In this document: positions 62,469 to 64,000 of the stretch, in pieces
How positions within the stretch are numbered: position 1 is the first letter of the stretch
How the letters are laid out: the number at the start of each line of letters is the position of its first letter
Virus record (IMG/VR): IMGVR_UViG_2795386114_000001
Location: 28,783 to 92,782 of that record
Direction: 5' to 3' (one strand)
Source of the DNA: a virus
Taxonomy: Duplodnaviria > Caudoviricetes
DNA: 64,000 bases
Notes under the pieces: generated by a model
What the model was told of the DNA's origin: nothing
Seen by the model: only the letters and a program-made list of their open reading frames with translations
Databases searched by the model: none
Made by a program: the position numbers and the translations under genes

Positions 62469-63278
62469 TCAAGCCGCAGTCCCAACCGGATGCCGTTTCA
62501 CCGCCAACTGCGAACCCTCCGCGTGCCCGCACATGAAGTCCCGCGACGCCCGCACACCCTTCGCGTTCCGCGCCTCACGAATCGGACCACCGAAGTGCGC
62601 ATACCGGCGCCCCCGGCAGATCGCAGCGACCGTCTCCCGCTTGCAGTCGAACGCCAACGCAATCTCCAAGTCCGTTGCGCCGCCCGCCGACCGATTCCGA
62701 ATATCCACGACGTCCTCCTCCGTGAACTCGCGGGCCGTCGACGGCGCCAAGCTCGGGAAGTCCCGGCCCGCACGCTGGGCCCGCTTCTTCAGCCGGTTCA
62801 CCCAGGTCTCCGCAGTCTTCGCCGGCCACCTGCGCAACCGGTCCACATCCCCCAACGTCATTCCGTCCGCCACGCACTGCTGCACTGCTGCCAGAAAGTC
62901 CGCGTCCGTTACCTCCACGCGGAACCCCTTCACAAACTTCTCCACCGCAGCCCAGTCGATGAACGTTTCGTCCAAGGCCTCCGCCGTGTCCGGGGCGTGC
63001 TCGTGAAGCGGCTTCTGCTCCAGCCACGCCGGCATCGGAAGCGCGTTGTTCTTCGTGACGGCCGTCCAGGACAAGCCCTTGCCCACCGGCTGCTCCGGGT
63101 CGACCATGGCCGCGAGGACCACGATGAGGGCGTTCTTCTCCGTGTCGCCCAGGTTGGACAGGGCTGCGGCAATGTCTTCGGGGCCCCCGTCGCCGTGGAC
63201 GAGGACGGCAAGGTGAGCCGCGATGGGAAGCATCTGCTCGGCGAGGTTGCCGCGCTGCTTCGACGTCAGAGCGCTCAT
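62469..63278 (-). CDS. multi-HTH DNA-binding protein
   Basis: LIVVLAAMVDP; IDWAAVE..V.G; FTEEDVVDIR..GATDLEIALAFDCKRETVAAICRG. Confidence 0.68.
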   Translation of the reverse strand: MSALTSKQRGNLAEQMLPIAAHLAVLVHGDGGPEDIAAALSNLGDTEKNALIVVLAAMVDPEQPVGKGLSWTAVTKNNALPMPAWLEQKPLHEHAPDTAEALDETFIDWAAVEKFVKGFRVEVTDADFLAAVQQCVADGMTLGDVDRLRRWPAKTAETWVNRLKKRAQRAGRDFPSLAPSTAREFTEEDVVDIRNRSAGGATDLEIALAFDCKRETVAAICRGRRYAHFGGPIREARNAKGVRASRDFMCGHAEGSQLAVKRHPVGTAA

Positions 63279-63763
63279 GCCGCCGCCACCTCTTCCGCAG
63301 TCGCCTCTGCCAGGGCCTGGCGCACGTTGTGCACCGTCTGCACGTTCGTGCCCAGCGCCCGCGCGATCTGCGCGACCTCCAACCCCTGCGCCTCCAGCTC
63401 CCGGTACTCGCCCAGCCGCACTTGCAGGATGTGGTCCACCGCGCTCAGGGAGCCCCGGTCGTAGCTGCGGCGCTTCCTGTGGTGAATACGGCGCCGGTCC
63501 TGCTCCGACAGGCCACCCCACACTCCGACGTCCTGCCGGGTTTCCAGCGCCCACTGCAAACAGCGGTCGACCACCAGGCAGGCTCGGCAGACAGCCTTGG
63601 CTTCCTCCGCCTGCTCAAGGGCAGCGGCGCTCTCACCGACGGGGAAGAACAGTTCGGCGTCTTCGATGCGGCAGGCTCCGAGGGTCTGCCAGACGGGGGT
63701 GTGGGCGATAAGGGACGTGATGGGCGTGGCCGGTGTCGTGGGGCGGCGGGTGGTGGCGGTCAT
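63275..63763 (-). CDS. whiB: WhiB-family transcriptional regulator with C-terminal HTH
   Basis: GAC..LFFP..AKAVCRAC.V..RCLQWAL..GVWGGLSE (four Cys); extra HTH VAQIARALGTNVQTV. Confidence 0.88.
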   Translation of the reverse strand: MTATTRRPTTPATPITSLIAHTPVWQTLGACRIEDAELFFPVGESAAALEQAEEAKAVCRACLVVDRCLQWALETRQDVGVWGGLSEQDRRRIHHRKRRSYDRGSLSAVDHILQVRLGEYRELEAQGLEVAQIARALGTNVQTVHNVRQALAEATAEEVAAA

Positions 63764-64000
63764 CGGGTGGCTCCGGGAAGGGTGTCGATGTCGCTGTTCA
63801 GGTCCTCGTCGTCTCCGTTGGTGAGGGAGTCGGAAAGCCACTCGGCGAGGTTGTCGGCCTGGTCTTCGCCGACGTTGCGGGCGACCCACTGGATTGCGGC
63901 GGCGAGGTTGTAGGCGTAGCCGGAGCCGAGGACGCAGGCGATGCGCATCGCCGGGTCTGCGTTGGCGCCTGCTGCTCCTGTGGCGGGGAAGTAGTCGCGG
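63760..64000 (-). CDS. hypothetical protein, 3' part (5' end beyond the window)
   Basis: Open frame from the window end, ATGA-coupled to the WhiB gene. Confidence 0.5.
   Translation of the reverse strand, partial: RDYFPATGAAGANADPAMRIACVLGSGYAYNLAAAIQWVARNVGEDQADNLAEWLSDSLTNGDDEDLNSDIDTLPGATR

Noticed and set aside
1-64000. Integrase/att sites, tRNA, rRNA, CRISPR array
   Set aside because: None recognisable by eye in this window; they may lie outside it

Overview
High-GC actinobacterial DNA, Streptomyces-like from codon usage, WhiB and TraB/KorA-type genes. The window covers most of a temperate siphovirus or plasmid-phage genome. 1.4-32.3 kb (minus strand) is a complete late region: small and large terminase, portal, scaffold, head decoration protein, major capsid, neck proteins, major tail, frameshifted tail chaperones, tape measure, Dit and minor tail proteins, a tail fibre, a lysis cassette (papain-like protease, amidase-LysM endolysin, holins) and a collagen/polysaccharide-deacetylase fibre. 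33.3-44.6 kb is a Streptomyces plasmid-type conjugative module (TraB-like FtsK translocase, Tra/Spd-like proteins, KorA-like GntR repressor). 44.8-47.2 kb holds an HTH replication-initiator-like gene with internal repeats and a GIY-YIG/wHTH fusion. 48.4-49.9 kb is a tnpA-less TnpB element carrying a divergent RHH gene. 50-64 kb is an early/accessory region. The best candidate for an undescribed system is at 53.3-54.9 kb: a secreted pre-peptide with two VTTLDTHWG repeats, transcribed divergently from a TrmB/PLD-like + LuxR regulator, with the same 13-bp motif ahead of both genes. I infer a phage-borne peptide communication module. Several recurring cis motifs and an unannotated 35-aa hydrophobic moron are also reported. 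No integrase or par genes are visible in the window. All product calls come from motif recognition and synteny; no database search was run.
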